This document shows positions 52,267 through 60,693 of a stretch of 64,000 bases of DNA, piece by piece. The stretch is from Candidatus Babeliales bacterium. GTDB taxonomy: Bacteria > Babelota > Babeliae > Babelales > JBFXEV01. The stretch lies in NCBI GenBank assembly GCA_050179755.1, contig JBFXEV010000001.1:613940-677939 (forward strand), given 5' to 3'. Numbering within the stretch: position 1 is the stretch's first letter; each line of letters starts with the position of its first letter. The translations under genes and the position numbers were made by a program. The notes under the pieces were generated by a model that worked only from the letters and a program-made list of their open reading frames with translations, searched no databases and was not told the DNA's origin.

Positions 52267-53730
52267 ATGGTGAATAGTAAGAAATTAAGAATAGCTTCTC
52301 TGGTGATAGCATTCTCTGTAGTGGGAATAAGCATACAGGCTAATATAACCCTTGATCAAGTAAATATTGCTAAAGTACAACATAAACAAAATGTTATGCC
52401 AGTGGCCATTATTGGTGCTGGGCCTGCAGGTTTAAGCGCTGCCGTATATACTGCACGCAGTGGATTGCCAACGTATGTTTTTACTAATGATGCTCCTGGT
52501 GGCCATTTAATGGATATTAAGCAAATTGAAAATTGGCCCGCATTACCAAAAACATCTGGTGAAGATATTGCCAAAAAATTACAAGATCAAGCACTCAGTT
52601 TTGGTGCTCAGATGGTTAATGATGGCGTGGCCTCAGTAAATTTTGATGTGTATCCTTTTGAAATTAAAACTACTAATGATGAAACGGTGTATGCATTATC
52701 GGTGATTATTGCCACAGGGTTTATGCAAGAAAAGCTTGATATTCCTGGTGCGCAAAAATATTGGGGAAATGGTATAGGTTTATGTACCATTTGTGATGCG
52801 CCGTTTGCAGCTGGCCAAGATGTGGTAGTGGTGGGAGATGATGATTTTGCTGCAGAGCGTGTTATTCAATTGGCTGAATTTGCAAATAATGTGATCATGG
52901 TTACGCGTAAGAAAAAATTATCAGTTAATGCAACAACCATTGGCGATTTAAACCGTTTGAAAAATGCCGAACTTATTGTTGGGCATGAAGTTACCGAAGT
53001 AGAAGGTGACGGTTCACGTGTGACTGGCGTACGCTTGCGTAATTTAGAAGCCGGTAGTGAGCGAACTATTCCGGTTTCAACAGTTTATTTAAACAGCGTT
53101 TATAAACCAGACTCTGCATTTTTAAAAGGTCAAATTCCTATGGATGGAGAAGGTTATATTTTACGTCAGCCTGATTCACAACAAACACTTATTCCAAGCA
53201 TATTTGCAGCCGGTGCGGTTACCAATAAACCAAACAAAGCAGGTCCTTCGGCAGGTTTTGGTATGGCAGCGGCAGTAGAGCTTATTGAATTTATGCATAA
53301 AACTGTTGGTTTTAACTCAGAAGTGAGTAAGGATCTTGAGCAGTTATATTATAAATCACCACAAAAACGCAAAATGAGCAGTAGTGATCAAGTGACTTCA
53401 CGTACTCAACTTGCTGAAGTATTTAAGAAAAAACCAATTACCGTACTCTTTGCTTATTTACCAATGTGCCCATATTGCAGAGCTATGTATCCAGACATGC
53501 TTGACGCGGTACATGATTTTGGCGATGTTGTAACGCTTGTTAAATTAAATGCGAGTGAAAGCAATGATTTAACGCAGAACCTCACGTTTGATAGCGTACC
53601 AACAACGTTTATTTATAGAGATGGCGTGTTAGTGCATACTATCCGCGGCAGAGCAAATAAATTAGCAATCTCTAAAGTGCTTTCAAGCATTGCTGAGCAA
53701 GTGAAATCAGATAAAGAGGCTGCCAAGTAA
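52267..53730 (+). CDS. Thioredoxin-reductase-like flavoprotein fused to a C-terminal thioredoxin-fold domain, with an N-terminal signal/anchor
   Basis: AAGAGGGAG RBS. LRIASLVIAFSVVGISIQA leader. FAD motif VAIIGAGPAGLSAAVY. Redox CTIC (GLCTICDA). The second Rossmann motif is degenerate (VVVVGDDDFAAE). The C-terminal domain carries CPYC (LPMCPYCRAM). Confidence 0.8.
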   Translation: MVNSKKLRIASLVIAFSVVGISIQANITLDQVNIAKVQHKQNVMPVAIIGAGPAGLSAAVYTARSGLPTYVFTNDAPGGHLMDIKQIENWPALPKTSGEDIAKKLQDQALSFGAQMVNDGVASVNFDVYPFEIKTTNDETVYALSVIIATGFMQEKLDIPGAQKYWGNGIGLCTICDAPFAAGQDVVVVGDDDFAAERVIQLAEFANNVIMVTRKKKLSVNATTIGDLNRLKNAELIVGHEVTEVEGDGSRVTGVRLRNLEAGSERTIPVSTVYLNSVYKPDSAFLKGQIPMDGEGYILRQPDSQQTLIPSIFAAGAVTNKPNKAGPSAGFGMAAAVELIEFMHKTVGFNSEVSKDLEQLYYKSPQKRKMSSSDQVTSRTQLAEVFKKKPITVLFAYLPMCPYCRAMYPDMLDAVHDFGDVVTLVKLNASESNDLTQNLTFDSVPTTFIYRDGVLVHTIRGRANKLAISKVLSSIAEQVKSDKEAAK

Positions 53731-53742
53731 ACTAAGTAACTA

Positions 53743-55038
53743 TTAATATATTGGAAACTGCTTGCACAGCAACTCGACCTCGAGTTTGAGTGCAAGTAAT
53801 TTCTTTTCATCGTCACGATGTTTAATTGCCTCATCAATAAATCTTGCAATTAATTGCATTTCCTTTTCACCCATGCCACGTGTGGTGGCTGCTGGCGTGC
53901 CAATGCGTATGCCACTAGTGATCCACGGCTGCTCCGGATCAAATGGTATGCAGCTGCGGCTGATAATAATACCTGCTTTTTCTAAAGCGGTATCTGCTTG
54001 TTTACCGTTTACATTCTTATTTCGTACATCAACAATAAACAAATGATTATCCGTGCCACCACTCACTATGCGATAGCCTTGTGTTTCTAAAGCTTGTGCA
54101 AGTACGCGCGCATTATGGACTACCTGTTGTTGGTAGAGTTTAAACTCAGGTTGTTGCGCCAACTTAAAAGCTACTGCTTTTGCTGCAATCACGTGCATAA
54201 ACGGCCCGCCTTGTGAGCCAGGCATAATAGCGCGGTCAAGCGCTTGCGCATACTCTTGTTTGCACATCACAAGCCCGCCTCGTGGGCCTCTGAGAGTTTT
54301 ATGCGTGGTGCTTGAAATATAGTCTGCTAGCCCGACGGGGCTTGGGTGCACGCCTGCTGCAACTAATCCCGCAATATGGGCAATGTCAGTAAGAAGCAAA
54401 GCTCCAACTGACTGGGCAATAGTAGCAAAGCGTTTAAAATCAATAGTACGCGAATATGCAGAAGCGCCGGCAATAATAAGTTTGGGTTTATGTTCATGGG
54501 CAAGGCGCTCAATTTCATCATAATCAAGCATTTCCGTCTCGCGATTTACAGTATACTGCACGCTTTTATATAATTGGCCTGATATGTTGACCGCATGACC
54601 ATGGGTTAAATGCCCGCCCTCTCGCAAAGACATGCCAAGTATAGTATCACCCGGCTTTAAGGCAGACAAATAGACGGCTAAATTAGCTTGTGAACCTGCA
54701 TGGGGTTGCACGTTTGCATGCTCGGCCCCAAAAAGTTCTTTGCAGCGCTCAATAGCAAGGAGCTCTACTTCATCCACGTACTGGCACCCAGCATAATATC
54801 GTTTATTAGGGTAACCTTCTGCATATTTATTGGTCAGTACTGAGCCGGTGGCCTCTAAAACAGCCTGGGGTGCATAATTTTCTGAAGCAATAAGGGTGAG
54901 CTGATGCTGCTCGCGCTCAAGCTCTTGGCCTATGATATGGTCTAATTTGGGGTCGAGGGTGCGTAGATTCTCTTCTTTTGCGAGCGCGCGGCCCAGAATT
55001 TGGCTATTTTTGGGGTTGAAAGAGCTGAGGTCTTGCAT
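53743..55038 (-). CDS. glyA: Serine hydroxymethyltransferase
   Basis: [29 protein letters not shown], and the PLP-lysine block [13 protein letters not shown]. Confidence 0.95.
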   Translation of the reverse strand: MQDLSSFNPKNSQILGRALAKEENLRTLDPKLDHIIGQELEREQHQLTLIASENYAPQAVLEATGSVLTNKYAEGYPNKRYYAGCQYVDEVELLAIERCKELFGAEHANVQPHAGSQANLAVYLSALKPGDTILGMSLREGGHLTHGHAVNISGQLYKSVQYTVNRETEMLDYDEIERLAHEHKPKLIIAGASAYSRTIDFKRFATIAQSVGALLLTDIAHIAGLVAAGVHPSPVGLADYISSTTHKTLRGPRGGLVMCKQEYAQALDRAIMPGSQGGPFMHVIAAKAVAFKLAQQPEFKLYQQQVVHNARVLAQALETQGYRIVSGGTDNHLFIVDVRNKNVNGKQADTALEKAGIIISRSCIPFDPEQPWITSGIRIGTPAATTRGMGEKEMQLIARFIDEAIKHRDDEKKLLALKLEVELLCKQFPIY

Positions 55039-55098
55039 GGGGCACCTTTTTAATAAATGTTTTATTTTCAGTCTACTTCATATTCACAAAGCACACAA

Positions 55099-55127
55099 TT
55101 GCTTTTTTTTACGCGTTTTTCTATACT
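55099..55127 (+). promoter_or_regulatory. Candidate sigma70-type promoter for efp-nusB
   Basis: TTGCTT (55099-55104), a 17-nt spacer, then TATACT (55122-55127), about 48 nt upstream of the efp GTG. AAGAGG RBS at 55160-55165. Confidence 0.4.
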
Positions 55128-55174
55128 AAAAAGAGTGAAATATACGTTTAATAGAAGATTAAGAGGCACTTATC

Positions 55175-55738
55175 GTGATTTCGGCAACAGAATTCCGCAA
55201 AGGTACAAAAATACTTTTTAAAGATGAACCCTACGTGGTCGTAAGTTTCCAGTGGACTAAACCTGGAAAAGGTGGCGCTTATATTAAAACTAAGATGAAA
55301 AATATGATCACCAGCCTTTTGCGTGAAGAAACGTTCCGCGCTGATCAAAAGGTAGAGCAGCCTGATATGCAATATAAAGAAATGCAATATCTTTACCTTG
55401 ATGGTGACCTTTATAATTTCATGAATCAAGAAACATTTGAACAAGTGGCTTTTAATAAAGACCAGTTAGAAGAAGTTCTTGATTATCTTAAAGAAGAATC
55501 AATTTATACTGTTTTATATTTTAACGATGCGCCTATAGCAGTGACTCCTCCCCTTTTTATGGAACTTAAAGTTGCAGAAACTATGCCTGGCGTGCGTGGT
55601 GATACGGCTCAAGGTGGGGCTACAAAACCTGCAACACTTGAAACTGGCCTTGTGCTCCAAGTTCCTTTATTTGTTGAAGAAGGTGATATTCTTAAAGTTG
55701 ATACGCGCGATGCTAAATACATCGAACGTATTAAATAA
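55175..55738 (+). CDS. efp: Elongation factor P (GTG start)
   Basis: MISATEFRKGTKILFKDEPYVVVSFQWTKPGKGGAYIKTKMKN matches the EF-P N-terminus including the KPGKG loop. 187 aa. Confidence 0.93.
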   Translation: MISATEFRKGTKILFKDEPYVVVSFQWTKPGKGGAYIKTKMKNMITSLLREETFRADQKVEQPDMQYKEMQYLYLDGDLYNFMNQETFEQVAFNKDQLEEVLDYLKEESIYTVLYFNDAPIAVTPPLFMELKVAETMPGVRGDTAQGGATKPATLETGLVLQVPLFVEEGDILKVDTRDAKYIERIK

Positions 55739-55756
55739 CATACTTAGGACCCGTAT

Positions 55757-56236
55757 ATGAATCCCGAGATTATGGATCAAGCAGCTGAACCTGAACAGTT
55801 TCAAACTGATAAATCCTACGGTGACTTATCGCAGCGCGATAAACGTTCACTTGTATTTCATTTGCTCTATATCATGGAAGTTTTTGATTATGAAGCTACC
55901 ATGGAATCAATTGTTGATAATCTCAACCGTGGTTTTCATATGGATGTGCCATTGGATGCTCCCGAAGTTGAAACTGCACGGCTCATTATTGAGCAACGTG
56001 CGGCTCTTGATGAACGGTATATCCCTTTGCTTTCAAATTGGCGTATTGAGCGTATTGGTGTGTGCACCAAACTTATTTTGCGGTATGCAATTTGGGAGCT
56101 GGAAACTGGTGACACTGATCCTAAAATAGTGATCAATGAAGCGATTGAGCTTGCAAAAGCATTTGCTGAAAAAGATGCGTTTAAGTTTATTAATGGTATT
56201 CTCGATCAGATTATTAAACAAAAGTCAGAAGAATAG
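55757..56236 (+). CDS. nusB: Transcription antitermination factor NusB
   Basis: RSLVFHLLYIMEV, ILRYAIWEL, INEAIELAKAFAEKDAFKFINGILD. Lies downstream of efp. Confidence 0.85.
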   Translation: MNPEIMDQAAEPEQFQTDKSYGDLSQRDKRSLVFHLLYIMEVFDYEATMESIVDNLNRGFHMDVPLDAPEVETARLIIEQRAALDERYIPLLSNWRIERIGVCTKLILRYAIWELETGDTDPKIVINEAIELAKAFAEKDAFKFINGILDQIIKQKSEE

Positions 56237-56290
56237 ATCCCTGTCCGCCGTAGCCAGCCAAGCCGGAAGGCCTGGATTGGCGAAGGAGGA
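56237..56290 (+). repeat. GC-rich repeat family 1, copy A (starts right after the nusB stop)
   Basis: ATCCCTGTCCGCCGTAGCCAGCCAAGCCGGAAGGCCTGGATTGGCGAAGGAGGA. Central hairpin CCAAGCC-GGAA-GGCCTGG. Its reverse complement aligns with copy B. Confidence 0.55.
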
Positions 56291-56352
56291 AAATTATTAA
56301 ACAAAAAGAAACGGCAGTTCCGTCATAGCATCTTTTAATTAGTGATAAGAGT

Positions 56353-56390
56353 AAAGACAAGTTGCGCACAGTGGCTTGTCTTTTTTTATT
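56353..56390 (+). terminator. Rho-independent terminator after nusB
   Basis: 9-bp stem AAAGACAAG/CTTGTCTTT (56353-61 / 56375-83), 13-nt loop, running into T7. Confidence 0.65.
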
Positions 56391-56397
56391 AGGTAAA

Positions 56398-57168
56398 TTA
56401 AAATTTTCGTATGCTCACCGGCATTGCTGGATCAATAATATGCACCAGGCTTTCCGTAAACATATCTTGATTGCCACTCACATAACACTCAATCGTTAAA
56501 GCACCTTCTTCTTTTTGCTCACGAGGCTTGGGTAGCAATGGCAGCGGCGTTCTGCCAGACGAGATGATAGTAATCTGTGACCCCACAAAATCTTGTATTT
56601 CATTTTGAATAAGGTCATAATGCGTGCAACCTAAAATGAGCGTATCAATGCCATGTGCAATGAGTGGCGAAACATACTGTGTTATGCGATCTTCTATGAG
56701 CGCATGATTATCAAACTGATGTTCAATGGTGCTTGCAAGCGTGGGGCACGGTTGCTCAAACACGGTAATGCGTGGGTTACTGTATTGTAATGCATGCTTG
56801 TGCACTTGCGCAAGAATAGTGGCAGGTGTTGCCATAATGCCTATACGATTTGTTTTGGTGGTTTTAAGAGCAGCGGGCACCACTACTTCTAGCATAGTAA
56901 TAAAAGCAATATGTGGGTATTTTGCGGCCAAATAGGGGCCAGATATTGCAGAAATGGTGTGGCAGGCGATCACAATATAATCAACATGCTGCGTGAGCAG
57001 AAATTCAGTAATGCGTTCACTTAATACACGAATTTGATCAGGCGACTTGAGGCCATAGGGCATGTTGGCGGTGTCTGCAACGTATACAATGTGTGCATTT
57101 CTGGTGCGCAGTATTTGCTTTACCACGCTTAATCCGCCGATACCTGAATCAAAAACGCCAACTTTCAT
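56398..57168 (-). CDS. murI: Glutamate racemase
   Basis: MKVGVFDSGIGGLSV, catalytic Cys blocks VIACHTIS and LILGCTHY. 256 aa. Confidence 0.9.
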   Translation of the reverse strand: MKVGVFDSGIGGLSVVKQILRTRNAHIVYVADTANMPYGLKSPDQIRVLSERITEFLLTQHVDYIVIACHTISAISGPYLAAKYPHIAFITMLEVVVPAALKTTKTNRIGIMATPATILAQVHKHALQYSNPRITVFEQPCPTLASTIEHQFDNHALIEDRITQYVSPLIAHGIDTLILGCTHYDLIQNEIQDFVGSQITIISSGRTPLPLLPKPREQKEEGALTIECYVSGNQDMFTESLVHIIDPAMPVSIRKF

Positions 57169-57169
57169 A

Positions 57170-57211
57170 TCGTTTATTCTGAATTCGCTTTAAGCTCATT
57201 CAGATAAACGA
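57170..57211 (-). promoter_or_regulatory. 14-15 bp inverted repeat abutting the murI start codon
   Basis: TCGTTTATTCTGAAT (57170-84) and ATTCAGATAAACGA (57198-211) pair with a single 1-nt bulge. On the mRNA the hairpin ends 1 nt before the ATG. Confidence 0.3.
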
Positions 57212-57254
57212 GGTTAAAGGTTTTTATTTTATTATATAATTAGTTTGAGTGTAA

Positions 57255-57283
57255 TATAAAAGGGGCACTCTTGCGAGCACCCC
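57255..57283 (-). terminator. Strand-specific rho-independent terminator after ndk
   Basis: The minus-strand RNA GGGGUGCUC-GCAA-GAGUGCCCC forms 9 bp (two G.U pairs), then UUUUAUAUU. On the plus strand the same stem has two C/A mismatches. Confidence 0.7.
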
Positions 57284-57306
57284 TTATTTGTTCTTATATA
57301 TTTGAT

Positions 57307-57747
57307 TTATTCAAAGTCTTCGTCGTCGAATTCTTCGTCTAAATCAGGGAAAAACTGCTCAATTTCAATAGCAGCATTTTCCGCGCTGTCAGAACCATGC
57401 GTTGCATTTTTACTGATATCAGTGCCATACAATGCACGCACCGTGCCAGCTTCTGCTTTTTTAGGATCGGTGGCACCCATAAGTTTGCGCCAATCTTCAA
57501 CAGCATTTTCTTTTTCAAGAACCAAAAGCACCACAGGACCAGATGTCATATAGCTCACTAATTCACCATAGAACGGACGGTCTTTATGTACTGCATAGAA
57601 TTGTTGAGCTTGAGCTTTATCAAGGTCAATTTCTTCTCCTGCAATAATATCAAAGCCATGATCCTCAATCATTTCAATAATATCATCTACGTGACCAGCT
57701 TCTACTGCATCAGGTTTAATGATCGCAAATGTACGTTGTAATGACAT
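57307..57747 (-). CDS. ndk: Nucleoside diphosphate kinase with an acidic C-terminal extension
   Basis: QRTFAIIKPDAV, GATDPKKAEAGTVRALYG, NATHGSDS (active-site His). Tail DLDEEFDDEDFE. Confidence 0.93.
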   Translation of the reverse strand: MSLQRTFAIIKPDAVEAGHVDDIIEMIEDHGFDIIAGEEIDLDKAQAQQFYAVHKDRPFYGELVSYMTSGPVVLLVLEKENAVEDWRKLMGATDPKKAEAGTVRALYGTDISKNATHGSDSAENAAIEIEQFFPDLDEEFDDEDFE

Positions 57748-57752
57748 GCAGA

Positions 57753-59648
57753 TTATTCCTTTGTTTTCTTTGCTTTAGGAGCTGATGTTTCTTTATCAGC
57801 TTCTTTTTGTTCTTCTTTATGACGTTCTAATTCTAATTGAAGGAGCGATTTAGGGCGATTAGCTTCAGGCTGCGTTTGAGACTTACGCTCTTTACGCTCT
57901 GGGCGTTCACCACGTTCGCTGCGTTCACTACCACGTTCACTACGTTCGCCGCGTTCGGTGCGTTCACGAGGTGCTTTAGCTTCACGTGGTTCACGTTGTT
58001 CACGCGGTTGTTCAGCTGTAGCATCCAAACGAGGGCTCAAGCCAATCTTTTGTTCGCCACTGCTTACTTTGACCACGCGGAATTTTTCCTTTTGACCAAC
58101 TTTGAGGATGTCCTCAATTTTTTGGCCTGGATATTCTTTAACGTGTACAAGACCTTCTACACCAGAAGCTAATTTAACAAAAGCTCCAAAGTTAGTGATC
58201 TTAGAAACTTCACCTTCAATAATTGATCCTACGGGGAAGTCTTTTTCAATGGTTTCCCATGGGTTATTGCCAAGTTGTTTTACACCAAGTGAAACACGCT
58301 GGCTCTTTTCATCAACTGAAAGAACAACTGCTTCAATTTCAGTGCCAACTTTATAGCGATCAGAAGGATGCACTATATGTTCTGTCCATGAAAGGTCAGA
58401 AATATACACAAGACCATCAATGCCAGGTTTTAATTCAACAAACACACCAAAGTCGGTAATGTTGCTGATTGGCCCTTTAACTTTTTGACCAACTTTAAAT
58501 TCTTCGGCAATGCCTTCCCACGGATTTTTCTCAAGCTGTTTAATGCTGAGTGACATTCTGCGGTTTTCTTTATCAATAGAAACCACTTTTGCAGCAACTT
58601 CTTGGCCTGGTTTGTATTGCTTTTTCAAGTTATCAATACGTCCGCCCCAAGAAACTTCGCTAATGTGCACCAAGCCTTCAACGCCTTTTGCAACTTCTAC
58701 AAATAAGCCGTAGTCGGTAATGCTTGAAACAACACCTTTGATAGTGTCACCAGCGTTAACTTCCCCAGTAACTTTATCCCAAGGGTTTTCAGAAAGTTGT
58801 TTAAGGCCAAGAGAGATTTTTTCGTGGTCTTTATCAAATGATAAGACTTTAACGTCAATCTTTTCACCTAATTTAATAAGTTCACTTGGATGGCCAATAC
58901 GTCCCCATGTCATATCAGTAATATGAAGGAGTCCATCAACGCCGCCGATATCAATAAAGGCACCATAATTGGTGATATTTTTAACAATACCAGGGATCAC
59001 TTGACCAACTTCAAGACCTGTTAAGATATCTTTGCGTTGTTCAGTGCGCTGTTCTTGTAAATGTTTGCGGCGAGAAATAATAACGTTACCACGCTTTTGG
59101 TTAATTTTTAACACGTTTGCAGTGATACGTTGGCCAACCCATTCATCAAAGTTAGTGATACGGTGAAGATCAACTTGTGATCCTGGAAGGAACGCTGATA
59201 CACCAATATCCACGCTTAAACCACCTTTAACTTTGTGAGTAACAATACCTTCTGCAGGTTCGCCAGACTCAAAGAGTTTAGTGATTTTATCCCATGCTCT
59301 GAGTGATTTAGCTTTTTCATAGGAAATATGAATATTTCCGTCGTAGCCTTCAAGTTCATCAAGGATTACTTCTACCACGTCGCCAACTTTAAGATTTTTC
59401 ATCTCGTAGTCAGAAAATTCATAACGGGGAATAAAGCCATGAGATTTATAACCGATGTCCACGAGGGCACCATCGTTTTCTACTTTGATAATGCTTGCTT
59501 GAATAATAGTACCAACGGTAAGATTTTCAAAAGCACCATCAAAAAGGGTTTCAAGCTCTTGTTGGAGCTGAGCATTAACTAAATGCTCGTCATCCACTTG
59601 AGGAAGAGCACGTGCAAATTGACTTGCGCGCAAGACTTCTTTTGCCAT
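57753..59648 (-). CDS. rpsA: 30S ribosomal protein S1 with an R/E-rich C-terminal tail
   Basis: ATG 59646-59648 (MAKEVLRASQF). The track ORF extends 35 codons further upstream. Six S1 repeats (GxVxxxxxxGxFVxxxxGxxGLxHxSE pattern). Tail PRERTERGERSERGSERSERGERPERKERK. 5-nt gap to ndk. Confidence 0.92.
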   Translation of the reverse strand: MAKEVLRASQFARALPQVDDEHLVNAQLQQELETLFDGAFENLTVGTIIQASIIKVENDGALVDIGYKSHGFIPRYEFSDYEMKNLKVGDVVEVILDELEGYDGNIHISYEKAKSLRAWDKITKLFESGEPAEGIVTHKVKGGLSVDIGVSAFLPGSQVDLHRITNFDEWVGQRITANVLKINQKRGNVIISRRKHLQEQRTEQRKDILTGLEVGQVIPGIVKNITNYGAFIDIGGVDGLLHITDMTWGRIGHPSELIKLGEKIDVKVLSFDKDHEKISLGLKQLSENPWDKVTGEVNAGDTIKGVVSSITDYGLFVEVAKGVEGLVHISEVSWGGRIDNLKKQYKPGQEVAAKVVSIDKENRRMSLSIKQLEKNPWEGIAEEFKVGQKVKGPISNITDFGVFVELKPGIDGLVYISDLSWTEHIVHPSDRYKVGTEIEAVVLSVDEKSQRVSLGVKQLGNNPWETIEKDFPVGSIIEGEVSKITNFGAFVKLASGVEGLVHVKEYPGQKIEDILKVGQKEKFRVVKVSSGEQKIGLSPRLDATAEQPREQREPREAKAPRERTERGERSERGSERSERGERPERKERKSQTQPEANRPKSLLQLELERHKEEQKEADKETSAPKAKKTKE

Positions 59649-59702
59649 GTATATGTTCTTTTGAGGGGTTAGGAGGTTATACTTATACAGCTTACATAAT
59701 AT

Positions 59703-59731
59703 AAAATAGCATGAAAACGCTGGTTTGGCAA
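59703..59731 (-). promoter_or_regulatory. Candidate promoter for rpsA-ndk
   Basis: On the minus strand: TTGCCA (59731-59726), a 17-nt spacer, then TATTTT (59708-59703). Lies just downstream of the terminator of the preceding gene. Confidence 0.35.
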
Positions 59732-59741
59732 AGTTAATAAT

Positions 59742-59772
59742 AAAAAAGGGCACTGTTTATATAAGTGCCCTT
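59742..59772 (-). terminator. Rho-independent terminator after 59801-60451
   Basis: Perfect 9-bp stem AAGGGCACT/AGTGCCCTT (59746-54 / 59764-72). On the minus strand it is followed by UUUUAUUAUU. Confidence 0.68.
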
Positions 59773-59800
59773 TGTGTAAATTGCTAGCGATATCTGGTAT

Positions 59801-60451
59801 TTATCCGCAGCTACCCATTAAGCATTCTTCAATGTCTTGAAGGATAGTAGGAATTAAGCGTTTACCATGGCTTGCTGACCAGAAGTCATACCAGGCTTTT
59901 TGTGGTGCTGGTGCAACTGGTGCTTGTTCATTGGCTGCATAATCTTTAAGTGCAACAAAAAATTCTTCAATCAAATTAACCAAGCGATTATCTTGCAATA
60001 CAGCCCAGCGAGAAATACCGTGTGCATCGTTAAGCCAATCAGTTTTCTTTTTTAGTAAGGCACTTACAATATGTTGATCAGAAAAATCTCTTACTTTTGC
60101 AGCGGCTGAAAGTCCTTTAGAAGAGAACGTATAACATTCTGCTTGAATTTTCTTCCAGAGTTGGCTGCGAATTCTGGCACGATTATTATGATAATCTTTA
60201 TATCTATTATGTAGCGTATTAGCAGCAATAAAACCAGCCAAGATCAATACACATTTGCCAGGATGTTTGCCAAGAGTTTCTTGATAAAGTTTATCAACGC
60301 ATTGGCCAGGGAAATTTATAATAGCGCTAGGAATTGCTTTAATGCTGTCTATATAACCAGGTTGTATAGGCTCAGTAGCTATCATAGGCATTGCTGCCGA
60401 AACAGTAATAAGGCCTAATAGAACTGGTTTTAGGAATTTCTTGAATATCAT
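59801..60451 (-). CDS. Hypothetical exported/membrane protein (216 aa)
   Basis: GGAGG RBS. Signal MIFKKFLKPVLLGLITVSAAMPMIA. A second hydrophobic segment CVLILAGFIAANTL. No family recognised. Confidence 0.55.
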   Translation of the reverse strand: MIFKKFLKPVLLGLITVSAAMPMIATEPIQPGYIDSIKAIPSAIINFPGQCVDKLYQETLGKHPGKCVLILAGFIAANTLHNRYKDYHNNRARIRSQLWKKIQAECYTFSSKGLSAAAKVRDFSDQHIVSALLKKKTDWLNDAHGISRWAVLQDNRLVNLIEEFFVALKDYAANEQAPVAPAPQKAWYDFWSASHGKRLIPTILQDIEECLMGSCG

Positions 60452-60693
60452 TGATAATGACCTCCATCATTGAATTATCTGTAACCAGCGTAGTCTTTTT
60501 AGGCTTGTTTGTCAAGTTGGCCCTAACTCGCCCAGGCTTATCAGGTAGTATATATCTACGGTTGTTTTCTATTTGTAACAATTGATCTCTGGTCTTAGCT
60601 TTGTTTGCAATTTGCCTTGTCAGGAGAGTATTCTATTTCATGAAGAGGTGTCGTGGATAATGAAATTGGTTTTAAAGTGAATTAGGGTTGATC

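Noticed and set aside
56237-56290. Possible SRP (4.5S) RNA, because of CAGCCAAG and a CCGGAAGG GNRA hairpin.
   Set aside because: The order of blocks does not match the SRP domain IV consensus, where the GGAA loop precedes AGCAGCCAAGG. There is no extended helix 5 pairing, and the sequence recurs at several loci, so it is a repeat and not a single-copy RNA gene.
134-59582. Many 60-170 aa track ORFs nested in or antisense to long, well-supported genes. Examples are 134-340, 261-515, 686-907, 1676-1939, 4335-4640, 5300-5806, 5472-5735, 5494-5742, 6925-7158, 10650-11141, 14276-14671, 17401-17586, 26850-27125, 27508-27753, 30569-30874, 37208-37426, 57837-58172 and 59328-59582.
   Set aside because: Each lies entirely within a longer ORF that has clear family motifs on another frame or strand. 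They have no RBS or recognisable motifs. Several are low-complexity mirror translations of repeat-rich coding sequence, such as the antisense of the S1 and Jag R/E tracts.
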